Of a stretch of DNA of 64,000 bases, positions 1 through 12,243 are shown in pieces. Location: NCBI GenBank assembly GCA_977016875.1, contig CDRNST010000066.1, forward strand, positions 1,116,001 through 1,180,000, read 5' to 3'. The translations under genes and the position numbers were made by a program. Source of the stretch: Pavona decussata. Lineage: Eukaryota. Under the pieces are notes generated by a model. It saw only the letters and a list, made by a program, of their open reading frames with translations, was not told the DNA's origin and did not search any database. The stretch's first letter is position 1, and the number at the start of each line of letters is the position of its first letter.

Positions 1-439
1 TGTTAATGTACAGCTTATTGATACGTTGCAAACATTTAAGCAAGAGAGATTAACTAACACTATTCAGAATTTGTTTGCGTTTATTCAGTCGTCATTAATA
101 AAGACAAACATCCCATGTGAAAAGAGTGGCAGAAAATGAACTTTAGGTGCCACCTGCCCATGCTTTTTGTGAGAGCTGCACTTTTGATATTTTCCTTTCT
201 ATAATTTAATCTTTTTATTGAGCAAGGCTACCAGAAGTCAATAAGCTACACTTGTTTCTGGATCTCTTATAAACAGAATCTTGTATGACTTGAGATCAGG
301 CTACTGCACTTTTGGAATCCCAAGTTCGTTATCCATTGCTGCCACTCCATTGTGGGCCCATTAGATAGAAACACATTCCACTGCTTTTTAACAAACTAAC
401 CAAGGATTCTAATTCTACTGTTTCTAATTAATTTCAAAG

Positions 440-3400
440 GATGATGATGAAAGTGGACAAGCAAAACAAAAAGTATGATGTCTGTTTTAATGGCTTCCTT
501 GATTCTCTGGTTTAAACACAGCAATGCCTTTAGTTATCAATCAGTCATGCTTCTCCTTCCTCTGACACCATCTCATTTGCATTTTACTTTTGCAACTGTT
601 CAAAGTCATGAAATCGTCAACATCTTCAGAAAACTGAAGAACTAAATAATTATTGTTTTTGGTTCAAACATTTTCAAACCAGTTTAGTTTTTATTTTCCT
701 TTATGCAGTATTCATTACCCTCATCTGAGACAAAGGGAAATAAAAATCAAACCAGTTTGAAAATTATTAAACCAAAACAAATTTTGAGCCACAACCATAT
801 CTCTATGGAAATTTCAACCCCAACACTATCCACTCAGTAATCCTAAAAATACATCATCTGCCTCATACAGACTTCATACTCTTCTCCGCATTAGGGTAAA
901 TAACTTAGCCAGCATTAGTGATTTTTTTATTCTGTATTCTTATTCCTACTACATTTTACATTACTATATAATACCAATGTTTTTTTGTTTGTTTGTTGTT
1001 GTTGTTGGTTTTTTTTTTTTTTGTTGTTGTTTTTTTTGTTTTTTTGGCTTGGTTCCTTTATACTTTTAGAAAAGGGATTTCGCGATTTTATTCTCTGATA
1101 ATATCAGGTTCACTGTTGAAAACTGAACTCTGGATTATTTCGATGAGTGTAGTTTTATATCGAGTCTTCATGTTTAATGTTTGTCCTATTTATTTATTAT
1201 TTTGAATTTTATCCTGTTTTAGTCAACTGAGGGAACTGGAGAAGGCGAGGGGAAAAAGAAAAGAAAGGTTTGAACAATCAATAAATTAATATTTCTTATT
1301 TCAACCTTTGTTTAAGGTACCTAACAGCTGGTAATGCTGACAGTGCTCTATCTGTATGGTTCTGTTTGCATTGTGTTTCTAATAATTTATTGTTTCTAAC
1401 TCCAGTATGACTGAATGTTCAGAAAGCTGAAGTCATGCTCAAACAATAATATCTTCAGTTCTCCATTCCGTAGACTTGAGATTGTACTCTTCTTGCCAAA
1501 GTGTGAAGCAACTTTGAGAGTCAAGTTGTAACAATATTGAGTCACATAATTATATCCCACCATTCCCAAAAATTTACAGCTCTGCTTTTTCTTTCTCGTA
1601 CAATCAGATTCTACTATCCGCACTAAGTTGTTTAGTACATAACTTAGCATGCATCGCAAGTAACTCTCATGGAGATCAAAAGAATGTGACTTGAAGAGCA
1701 ATTTATGTTCAGTTTTGTCATTTCTCTACTTCATGATGATGTTTGAAACATCAAAACATCACAACATGTTAACTTTTATTATTATTTATCCCATGCCATA
1801 GAGAATATAGCCAACCAGAAAGCTAGAAACTCATTGCATATTCTGCGGTATGCAACGGGTAGTATTCCATGAAAAAATCCTGGCATTCCACGCGGCCTAC
1901 AAATTTTTCCTGCTAAAAGATCTATTGAAGAGCCTGTGGCAGGTCAAAATTTTCATTCAGAAAAAGTTACTGTCAACAACTATAACATGGAAGAAGTATA
2001 CCCCAGTTTTGATCTTAATTTTGAATTCCTGGAACCAGACATTGAACAGGAAAGTTAATTCAATAAGTGGCATGGTATAAATTAGTTATGCAGTGCTTTC
2101 CAATTCTTTCTACTTCTTTCTACTGTGAATATCCCACTCGTGACTTGATTTTTCTTTGTATACACACGCTTAAAGGCTGGTGTGTATACTAAGAAAAATC
2201 AAGTCACTTGTGGGATATTTCAACGTATACCACTCGAAAACATTGCATAAATAACTAGTATATATTTTTTGTATATGAAACTGAAAAACTCCTTAAAATT
2301 TATCATAAGTTAAGTTACTCTTTGCCATGTAATGAAATCTTGCTCCAAGTAAAGAGTGTTGTACCTGTGGTAATCTTGGTAAAATTGGTTTCTTTTTGTA
2401 CAGGTTAAAGTGAAGCTGGAACTGTATGATCCTGAGGATCAATACTTTGTGGATGATGATGACGAGGTACATGTACTGCAATGATAACATTCCTTCCATA
2501 GCAACAAATTAAATTCAGCTACTCAAGGGCAGATCTAGGATATTTGAAAGAGGGGGCTGTCAGTGGGTGTGAGCTTTTACTGGGGGGGGGGGGGGGGTGT
2601 GGTACACCAGAAAGGTTTGAAAAAGTAGATTTTAAAATAAAGCATATCTGATTTTTTTGAACTTCTTGTGGGGGTTGCAACGCTCACAACTCTTCGATTG
2701 GACCTTACTGCAGACCTGACTGCCATCTTTTAAAAATCCTCTTGGGGAATGAAATGGTGTCAGAGTAGTATTTTTTTTTTTTAAGAAACACTTGATACAA
2801 GGCACTATTCAAAAACGAAACTACGTAGTGGGTTTATTTGTTTGTTGTTTACTCACGCAGTTTTCCTTGGGTTTGAAAAGTTTTGGAAATCTGAAGTCAC
2901 AACTGTTTTAGTTTGGCCCAACAGGGTTCTTGTTAAGAGACAGTAACCGGTTATTTTTACCGTCTATTCATGTACGTGTTACCAGCTATAGTGAAAAAAT
3001 GCTTCCAGAATTATTGAAACCACTTTCAAAATTCATTGATATTGAAAAAACTTGTCCTTGTTTTGGGAATTTTTTTTACATAAATAGTGTAAAAACATTC
3101 AGCAGAAAATGTCACGTTGGAAATCCATTGCTCTTGGTTTGAGAATTTTCTTTTGTCAAAAACGACGCTGACTTCTCAAGCTCCACCATATTTGGTTTCC
3201 ATTCTTCCCTCTGCCATTGCCTTTCCCATCATTCCCTGGGAGACATCAACAAGATGGCATCTACCTGCTATTGCAGATTTTGTTACCTCCCTTTACAAAT
3301 CTTAACAAGAACCCCACCCAAGCTAGGCAGAATACCCTTGATGAGATTTACTGTTATGGGTGACTTTGACTGAACATGGTTCATTTTACTCACAAAACAA

Positions 3401-3668
3401 CAAATTTGTTACTGATGTGAAGCTCATTGACACATCTCCACATGTAGCTCAAAACCCTGTGGGTATGCCCAGGCTGTTTTGTTTTGGGCGGGGTATTAAG
3501 ACCACAATAAATATAATTATTATATTTATGTGGGACACTTTTGTCATTCTCTGCAGACGTATGTGTGGTACTTTGACCCTGTTCATCCAAAGACATTTAT
3601 CATGGGATTTTTGGTTGGTAAGTATATCAATCAACTGGTCGGTTAATTGACCACTGCAAGCCAGATAT

Positions 3669-3735
<67 letters not shown>

Positions 3736-6700
3736 TTTGACTTCGCCTTCAAACTTAAAACTACAAACAGAACATAACAACGTGAAACAGAAAATAAAGG
3801 ATTACTGGGTTAAGGCAGGGTGACCACAACAGCTAGCGCCAATTACTGTGGGCCCAAGATTTAAAAAGTTCTAAAACACTCGAATAAGTTAGTAAAATAT
3901 AGTAAACTAATAACAACACGAAATAGGTTCTAAAAGATTGCTTGTCGTATTACATTTTAAACAGACAGATTTCCAGGTTCTAGGGTCCTCAATATCGAAG
4001 CGCACTAATGTCACTTAATTTGAGCAACCATTGCATAATAGCAAAATTATTTAAATTAAGGTTTTTGTATGGGGGAAAAGGTATCCTATTTGAAGGTAAA
4101 ATAAAATTTCTCACGTGAACTCATTTGTTGGTGTTTTTGTGTCCTGTGTCTTTTTGGGGTTGATTTGAAATGATTCCTTGGTGTTTTAGTTCCAACAACT
4201 TCTATCTCTATAATATATGTGTAACAATTATTTCATGAGCATGCATTACAATACAATACAATCTTTTTGTCATTACAAGTAAATATTTACAATAATTAAT
4301 TATATCATAATATTAGAAGATAAATAAATTGCAAGGAAACCTAATAAAAACCATTAAGGTTTGTAAGCTTAGGATCCCTCACAAGAAAAGATAGGATAGA
4401 TAAATTTAGACAACAGAAAACGTGGAAAACGTGTCTTTAAGAACATTTGCAATCTATAAATATAGAATCAGTAATTGTTGATAATGAATTTTTTTAAGTT
4501 TATTTCTGAAGGATGCAACAGATGAAGAGTTAGTAATCTCAGAAGTAAGAGAATTATTGAAAAACTTGGACCTTGGACCTTGGAAAAAAAAACCCGGAAA
4601 ATTGCCAAATATTTGCTCTACATAATGGTAGATGAAGGGGATTTGCGTGTTGGATATCAGATGATATCCGACAAGTGCGAGTGGGATAACTGTTTTATTA
4701 AAAACTTCCAAGAAATATTGCTAGATCTTGCTGATTTCGCTTTGCAGTAACAACCAAAAGACAATTTAATGGTCGCTATTTCTCGGGCATGGTGTAATGG
4801 CAGATATCACATGACCACTAAGCCAGTCAAACCTCTTGAATTGCATTATCTAATGATCCAATTGAAATACTATTATTAAAAACTGGGTCATTGCAATTCC
4901 AGAGTTTGATTGGCTTAGTGGCCATGAGATATCATCTCATATCCAATGTGCACTCTTGGAATAATTGTTAATTATTGGCCTGGCCCCAGTTGTTCAGAGG
5001 GTGGATCAGTTTATCCAGGGGATAAGTCACTACCCAGTGGTACAAATGTACTCCAAACAACGCTTTTGGCAAGTTTTCCACACAATCCCATACTTAAATT
5101 ATACCTACACATCTACTCTACGCAAAAATTATAAGGCTATAAGGAAATTCTTGCACACATTTATTTGCAGCATAGCGACCTATCTAGTGGTTAAAATTAT
5201 CCGCTCTTTGAACAACTGGGGCCTGGTCTCTAATGCACTTACATTTTTTTGTTTATTTGTATGTTTGTTTTCCATGATTAGCAGTTAAAGTCCCACTTCA
5301 TAAACATTATCTTCCAAATTAGCTACAGATTTAAAAGCTATCTACATGTACCACCTTTAATACAGATTTAACTGGAATAAGCAGATTAAGAGAGTTGTAA
5401 TTCTCCCAACAGTGATAGCCACCATTGCCATCTGCCTGTTTCCATTGTGGCCCAGTAACGTCAGAGAGTATGTCTGGTATCTGAGTGTTCTGGCTGCTGC
5501 TGCTGTTGGCTCCATTCTGCTGCTTGCTGTCTGTAAGTTTTGTCTTTGGTATCAGTGTACGAATTTCCTGTTTGGTCTCCACACATGTTACAGTCTAATA
5601 TCCTGAGATATTTTGGTAAATCAGCCCGTTCTGCTGTCTATGTCTTATGTGCTCAGGAGAATGCTCAAGTCAAACAGATAGTGTGGGCCAACCCTTTTGT
5701 CTATGTACGTGGTTTTTGAAAGCCAATGAGGCAGCGTGGCCCACTGGTTATGGCGTCGGACGTCTGGAGGTCAGCTAGCTGGAGTTGTTTCTCGGTAGCC
5801 CCGAGTTCAACTCCCTCGCTGCGCTTGTTAATTAACAAATAGATTCCATTTTGCCGTGCGTCTGTACTCTGATAACGCACAGATGACGTCAAAACGTGGT
5901 GAGAACAAAGAAGTACGATACGAGCCGCAGGCGAGTAGCGTGACTGATGTTCTCACCACGTTTTGACGTCCTCTGTGCGTTATCAGAGTACAGACCCACG
6001 GCAAAATGGAATCTATTTGTTTTATACAATAATCAAGACATTTCAACACATTTCGTGAGCGAGCATCGCGTTGCCTGAGCTGAGACAAAAACTTTCCAGC
6101 AAACTCAGTTTTGGACTACTACACACATGCAATTGTGATCTTCTAAATTAGAGTACAATCCGAAAAAATTTCACTAACAATATTTTCGAAACTAACCTTT
6201 ATTCCAGAAGGAAATCCTGACCTCAAAATATTACAGCATGTAAGTCGCTTCACTGCGATTTGTAATCGATTACTCGCCATTACCAAATTTCTATCGGCGA
6301 CATATTTCGACAAATATTTGCTTCCTTTTCACGTCACAACAAAGTTCTAGCTTTCCTATCCTGGTTGAAGTCACTCTCAACGGTCTTTGTCCAATTTTTT
6401 ATTGAACAGTTTTCCTTTCCTGAGAAAATTTGCGTGTGTTTGTCTGCTACTCGCAAAAACAGTTTGCAAAACTTTGTTGACCAGTCGCTCTGGCTGGACT
6501 CTAGACTCTGATCACGTGCGCCGGTCACGCCACTCGATGACGTCAATCGTGCGTCTATACTCTAATCACACACTCCTCTAGACCAATCAAAACGCGAGCT
6601 TTACACAGTTCATTGTATAACTGTAAATAGCCAACTGGTCTGCCTCCTGCCAGCTGTGATTCTAAACCATGTTGCGTTTTATTTTGAAACGTTTGTTTCT

Positions 6701-7463
6701 GAGCGGTTCGTTTCATTATCCCTGAAAAGCCCCTCAAGGGGAGAGGATAATTAAAAAAAAAACTATGTATTTTTCTTAAAAGTATACTACTACTGCTACT
6801 GTACATACGTTTTTCTGTTGTTGTTGTTTTTGTTTGTTTGTTTTTCTTCTTTCTTTCTTCCTTCCTTCCTCCCTTCCTTCCAAGGCGTAAGTTTTCCCCA
6901 AGAATACAGGGCTGTCCACCCCAAATCATTTTACCCCCAAGTTTTGCCACTATGCTTTTTAGGTTTGTGCTTGTGATGTTTCAAGTCGTCATTGAAAATG
7001 AAACATTTAGGAGGAATACTTTATAACTGCGTCTTTTGCTTAGCAGTTGCAATCACTCCTCGCTTAATTGACATTCCTTTTTTTGTGTATCTTTTCAGTG
7101 CGTTATGTGTTCTTTGCGATCGTGTGGGTGTTCACATGGGGCAAACATCACTTCTGGCTGTTACCGAACCTCACAGAGGAATGTGGCTTTTTCGAATCCT
7201 TTGTGCCGCTATACACGCATGAATATAAAGCAAACGAGACTGAACAAGGCGAAAAGGAAAAGGAGGAAAAAGAAGATGGAAATACAGAAGAAAAGGAAAA
7301 AGCTGAAGACGGAGGTAAAGATGAAAGCAGCGAAGACAAAGATCAGAGCGAATCTTGGGTTAAACTTACCGACGAAGAAGTAGCAACAGCGAAAAGCGAA
7401 GTAGACAAAGAACTCGAGGAGGAGGAGTCGAACGATGTGTTAACTTCTGAAGTCAAATGCTGA
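440..7463 (+). CDS. SEC62: Translocation protein SEC62, 3' part (5' exons lie upstream of the window). Exons 440-472, 1223-1267, 2404-2466, 3557-3617, 5413-5532, 7099-7463
   Basis: Manual splicing with AG/GT junctions and matching phases (0,0,0,1,1) gives DDDESGQAKQK|STEGTGEGEGKKKRK|VKVKLELYDPEDQYFVDDDDE|TYVWYFDPVHPKTFIMGFLV-V|IATIAICLFPLWPSNVREYVWYLSVLAAAAVGSILLLAV-L|RYVFFAIVWVFTWGKHHFWLLPNLTEECGFFESFVPLYTHEY followed by an acidic tail. This matches SEC62 signatures (YVWxYDP, LFPLWP, HHFWxLPNL, SFxPLYTHEY). The first two micro-exons are less certain than the last four. Confidence 0.93.
1780..2262. mobile_element. Non-autonomous element with short inverted repeats plus a long terminal hairpin (Helentron/Crypton-like architecture, family unassigned)
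   Basis: ATTTATCCCATGCCA (~1784) pairs with TGGCATGGTATAAAT (~2068). A ~40-bp-arm hairpin follows: AATATCCCACTCGTGACTTGATTTTTCTTTGTATACACA ... TGTGTATACTAAGAAAAATCAAGTCACTTGTGGGATATT (2128-2219). Confidence 0.5.
3667..4016 (-). mobile_element. 3' end of a 5'-truncated non-LTR retrotransposon (CR1/L2-like) with a (TAAA)n tail
   Basis: The minus strand reads VTLVRFDIEDPRTWKSVCLKCNTTSNLLEPISCCY*, resembling a Cys-rich LINE ORF2 C-terminus, followed by a 3' UTR and a perfect (ATTT)n microsatellite at 3667-3738 forming the tail. Confidence 0.6.
4247..4625 (-). mobile_element. 3' end of a LINE (ORF2 C-terminal remnant) with a (TTGTA)n tail, inserted into a palindromic ACAATTATT...AATAATTGT-type repeat (4223-4972)
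   Basis: ORF 4454-4711 contains FQGP..FFNNSLTSEITNSSSVASFRNKLKK, typical of CR1/L2 ORF2 ends (NxLPxEI...SFKxKLK). TACAA repeats at 4247-4262 form the tail. Confidence 0.55.
4983..5222. mobile_element. MITE, PIF/Harbinger-type
   Basis: TIRs GCCCCAGTTGTTCA / TGAACAACTGGGGC; 3-bp duplication CTG at 4980-4982 and 5223-5225. Confidence 0.75.
5727..6755 (+). mobile_element. tRNA-derived SINE split by a ~795-bp insertion
   Basis: Head GAGGCAGCGTGGCC..TGGTTA, body ...GAGTTCAACTCCCTCGCTGCGCTTGT (ends 5828), resuming at AAATAGCCAACTGGTCTGCCTCC (6625). The uninterrupted sister copy at 53880-54076 (-) reads ACGCTTTGTAAATAACCAGCTGG across this point. Confidence 0.7.
5829..6621. mobile_element. Hairpin-ended non-autonomous element inserted in the SINE
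   Basis: Near-perfect ~73-bp inverted repeat (5835-5907 vs 5948-6020), followed by short inverted TTATACAAT (~6022) / ATTGTATAA (6612-6620). Same architecture as the element at 1780-2262. Confidence 0.65.
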
Positions 7464-8593
7464 ATGCTTCACAAAACGGCTATTACAGTTTAATTACCAG
7501 ATTACGTAAATACTGAAAATATACAATGAGGTCATCGGTAATTAGGTATTGGGCACGGTGTGTTTGGGTTTGCTGATGTCAATCAAACAGAGTAATGAGA
7601 TTGACGGGAACTGTCAATCATTTTATCATCTCCAAGGAAACGTACCCGCAGTTCATTCGCTGGTGTTTGCTGTCTTAATAATTTCTGTTGGATTTATTTT
7701 GTTTCTACCAAACCTTCAGTTTTGTTTTTGTCTCGTCATTGTCCCACGTGATTATTTGTTATCCATTCCGTGAAGTATTAGTATGTAATTATTAGCACAG
7801 AGTTCCCAAATATCAAGAAATAGAGGAAATTATTTATATTATAAAATGTCTGTGTGCAAATGATAAGTGGCTGTTTGTTCCTTTGTTGTCCACTTACGTT
7901 TTATTTTTGTCCACTCACATAGAAGCATCCACTCAAAAGGCAATAATTAGGGATAAGACCTTGTGAGCACGAAATAATGATTAATAGTTTGTTCTCTTTT
8001 CCCACCCCCTGTCCTTATTTCGTTGTGTTGTGTGCTCCCCCAGAAAGAACAACATTGAAGGATAGAGAAGGGGGGTGTACGATGTGCAGTTTTTAGCTCC
8101 GTTTTTAAACACACCCACTCAAAACTTTGGTTATGTCATGGGTTCTTAATTTTGATTTTGTAGATGAATTTTTTTTAAGTGAACAGTATATTTTCCTGTG
8201 GTTCTTGGTTAACTACTTTTTCTTTTTATAAAACTTTTTATAAGACCATTGAGGCTGAGATTGGCCAGAATTTAAAGAAAATAAGAGTATAGATTTAGAT
8301 AACAAGGACTTTATTGTTTCCACTTTTTAACATTTAGCACGAAGGACATAGTCCACTTGAGCCCAAAACGCTAGAAAATACGGTAACATGTTCAGTTCTT
8401 ATTTGACATCCTTGTCCGCAATAATCTTTGATAAGGGGGTCAGTTTCTAAAGAAACCGTGGTGCTGAGTCGGTGGGAGAGTGGAAAAATATTTGGTTTTA
8501 TCAAACCCAAATATTGGCCTTTGCTGCCCATACCGGCGTCATTGATTTACTTAAAGAACCCTTGTCGGCCTCCGCCATTTTCGATGCCATCGA

Positions 8594-8626
<33 letters not shown>

Positions 8627-8745
8627 TATTGCTTAACTGTAACTTGTGTTCCTGAAAGTATGTTTCATTATGTTTAGTAGTTTCACAGTGATTTCTTTCA
8701 TTTCGACATGCTCCGAATAAAACGTAAAAGCCAAACTCTCGCATA

Positions 8746-8784
<39 letters not shown>

Positions 8785-8985
8785 ACACCCGTTGGAAATA
8801 CTATAACACGTAACTTAAAAGAACATTTCCAGGCCTAAATCGGCAAAAAATCAGTTATTATTCACTCCTGTCGAAGCATTGGTTTCAAACTTATAGGTTC
8901 TTGCTGGAAAGGAGTACATTATGCATTGGAAGTAACTTAGCGTGGATAAAATTCTTAATTGTGACCATTTACATGAAAGGTTTTA

Positions 8986-9336
8986 ACAGGGTTCGTGCTA
9001 CTCCTTGAAGTCCTTGAAAAGCTCTGGAATTTAATTTAAGATTTCAAGGGCGCTTAAAAAGCTCTTGAAAAGAAGAATTTTTGCTGAAAGTGCTTGAAAA
9101 TAATGAAAACTCCTTGAGTTTTTGTTCGGATGGGAAATAATGTAGGATTGTATCAAAGTTATTCAGGGATTAAGCGCAGATTTCAAAATCGGGGACAGAT
9201 TATATCCGGGGGTGCTGTTTTAAAGTTGCTATTGACCAAAGAAAACATTTCGAAACTTGCCTTGAATATTCCTTGAAAACTCAGTTTTTAGTGCTTGCCT
9301 ACTCCTTGAATTTTTTGTCCAAAAACCAGCCCAACT
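8986..9336. repeat. MITE-like interspersed repeat with multiple CCTTGAA/CTTGAAA motifs
   Basis: Begins ACAGGGTTCGT; about 10 copies of (T/C)CTTGAA clustered near both ends. Confidence 0.4.
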
Positions 9337-9341
9337 ATGTT

Positions 9342-9720
9342 TTAAAGGGGCACTGTCACGGATATTTTTCTGTATGTTGACCAAACTGCTCAAATATTTG
9401 ACAAAGAACCAGGTATTACGTGAAATTGCTCTTTGATCACCAGGAGGAAAATATGAAATGATTTCTCCAATAAAGAATAAACTATAAGTGTCGCTTTTTA
9501 TCGATTTCTCAAAATTCACAGGAGGAACTTGACAAAATTGGCCAATCTTTTCCAGTTGGAGTCCAATCCACAAACAAAACTGATTGATTCTAGTTTCTGC
9601 GTCCTAGTAGTGTTATTTAAAAAAAAATCGAACCATTATTTTAACGTTTCCATCAAAACAAATATGTTTTCCTCGCTATTAAACTAAAGTGACACTTAAA
9701 TAGGTAACACCGCGCCTTAA
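9342..9720. mobile_element. TTAA-flanked MITE (Kolobok/piggyBac-type), degenerate
   Basis: TTAAAGGGGCACTGTCAC at left versus GTAACACCGCGCCTTAA at right (imperfect TIR, TTAA at both ends). Confidence 0.45.
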
Positions 9721-10139
9721 AGCAATGTTTTCATTTGCTGTTGGTTTATATTGTGCACTATTTTGCAAAATGTTTTCCTTTATTAAAAAAAAAAAACAAA
9801 CTTCGGAGTCTGGCTGAAGATGTCCTTCAGTGAGTTGAGTCAGAAAAGTCGAAAGCAATGACGCGTGTGATCACTCATTTAAAAAAAAATACTTTTGTTG
9901 CGGCTCGATTATCAGGCGCCGTGAGGAATACCGGCGGAACTGATTTTCCGTTAGATTCCCTTGATAGCTCCTAGGTAGAAAACAGCTTGTTTACATTTTC
10001 TGACCACAAACATGCAATAGTAAAGCTTGACCACTTGGTTATTGGCAGCGCCGGGTTCAACGAGCGAGATAGAAAGTGTTTAGTTTGCCGCAGAACTTGT
10101 TTTGTAGCGGTAAAACTCGTGTTGCAAGTCACGATTAGA

Positions 10140-10410
10140 TTTGGTTTTGTCTTGACTGTCTTTGCCTCGCATTGGTTGACAAAGTACCGCGCGTAAAGCA
10201 AGCCAAAGCAGAAGCAATGCACGTTCGCTTTGCTTTTCTGCGCTCTGTGATTGCCTAGTTGGTTAGCAAAATTCGTGTCACTCTCAACCAATGAGAAGAA
10301 AAACCAAACCAATCCTGAGTTGCTTGCGCGCGTTTTCCCGCGCTTGGCGCCGGTGACATATATTTGCTTCGAATTAGGATCGGCTTATGGGCATCTGTTT
10401 TTGTGATTTT
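10140..10410. repeat. Dispersed repeat family (CCAATC...GCGTTTTCCCGCGCTTGG...TTGCTTCGAATT); related copies at 55660-55905 and 53730-53810 (opposite strand)
   Basis: Shared core AAACCAATC..CGCGTTTTCCCGCGCTTGG..TATTTGCTTCGAATT at ~10305-10375 and ~55755-55830. Confidence 0.6.
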
Positions 10411-11061
10411 CTCAAGAAAAATTTGTTTTTGTTTGTTTAACGGAAGCGCAGTTAAAGAAGCCCCTTAAAACAAGAAAACAAATTAGTACTATTGGATACC
10501 GGAACACCAAACTGAACTGAGCCTTGGAGGTACAACGCGCGAAGTAAACAAGAGCTCGCAATCCCGATCGTAAAGAATAGAGCTCTACAAACTCTTTCAA
10601 ACGCTTGCACTGTCAAATAACAACATATAATTTCTTTTTACACCAGGAGAAACGAATACCTCCCGCGCCTCCACCCCCTCCCCACTCCCACACTCACCAA
10701 ACAAACCACCAAAATACATGAAGAAAACAATTCCCGAGCAAATTTTTGGCTAGAGAGTAAATTCCCTACAATCCTGGCACAAACTTAGACTTTCTCAAAG
10801 TCGCTCGCTCGCTTCTCATTGAATGGAGCTCTTGCTCGCTCGCTCGAGCTCTAACAATCGCGCTTCGCGCTCTCTCCCGACCGTTAAGCAAGTCTAGCAC
10901 AAACTGTGTGATCCCGAAAACTAAACAAAATCTTATCAAAATAGTTCTTCGGATTTTTCGTGAAAATCTCACCCTGGGCGGCAAGCTGCACAACACAACA
11001 GTAATTTCACTACAGCGGAAGAAATATCTTTAAGAGATGACAAACAACATTTGTTTTGGCG

Positions 11062-11081
11062 ACAGGAAGTCCGTTATATAA
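11062..11081 (+). promoter_or_regulatory. Candidate core promoter (ETS site ACAGGAAGT plus TATATAA) upstream of the 7TM gene
   Basis: ACAGGAAGTCCGTTATATAA about 1.2 kb upstream of ATG 12244; potential 5' UTR donors AAGTGAGT at ~11368 and ~11688. Motif-level evidence only. Confidence 0.25.
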
Positions 11082-12243
11082 CAGCTGCCTTTTGGCATGA
11101 CTCAGTAATTGAAATTTTAATCTGGTCAAAACAAAACAAAAATTGAAAAAGATTTCATATCAGGAACTTCGCTAACTGATCAAATGTGGAAATGTTCTGC
11201 TTCAAATTGTATTAAAAATGCGCCATATCTTTGTCCTCTAAAGGATTTCAAAAGCATTAGTGACAGGCAAGTTTTGTGTATTGTCGTTGTGTTGAACCTT
11301 TCATAGTAAACGCAGGCCAATACCAACAGAACTAGAAATATTACTCTTGGGAAAATTGCGGGTGGCTAAGTGAGTTATTTTCTTATTGCTACATCATTGC
11401 AATATTCTCAACAGCTTTGACGCCCTCGGTACTTGTTAATACTTGTTGGAGATGTCATTACCAAACTTATAAGATGAACAAACACGTTGAAGCAAAAGTT
11501 CAGTTGAATGGGGATAGGAGCCGAATGCAATGTGTTCTTGAGATGACTTTGAAGCGTCAGTTGTTGTCGTTGAGGTATGATATTGCAGCATTTCTTGATT
11601 TCTTTTGAAATTTTTGGCTAGCTTTGGCAGTGTTCTTTCGTTTTCAGCGTCTCTTGGCATGCTGAATTAGGTCGTCTTCATTTTTGAAAGTGAGTGCAAT
11701 CCTTTGGTGAAGTTAGAGATCGCGGATCGAGGCAAACGACATTATCCATACAAAGAGTTGTTGATGCAAATTTAATTAGCATCTTTTGGGAAGTAAATCA
11801 AATGAAATTTGTAGAAGCAAATAACAAAGCAAACCCGGTGATCAAATTAAAATAGGGTTGACTCAGTTCCCCGTTTTGTCGTTAGTTTATCTAAGTATTT
11901 CAGATTACCCGATCGAGACAAACTAACGGCTTCACAGAAAAGGAAGCACGCCATTTTAAAGTAGAAGGGACAAGAATTGAATTATTCTTGTTTTTAGTTC
12001 TCTTATCCATTTTTTCCGTTCCTGTCCTATTGTTTTAATGGCTTAATTCCGCAGAGATAGCAGAACAAGCTAGTTTGCATTCGGTAGTCAGATAAAATCT
12101 ATAAGATTTGCTTCTCCCTTATAGATGTTAATTATTTAAAATTGTCGTTTACTGGCAGGTTTTTTCCGCATTGTGACAAGATTTTGTGTTATAACTCGAA
12201 ATAACACTCACTCGAAGAAACAGCTCACATCCAGCAGAAGGCA

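Noticed and set aside
993-11660. Short ORFs in SEC62 introns and intergenic DNA (e.g. 993-1205, 6555-6950, 9229-9573, 9971-10312)
   Set aside because: They derive from low-complexity tracts or repeats, mostly with non-ATG starts and no coding signature.
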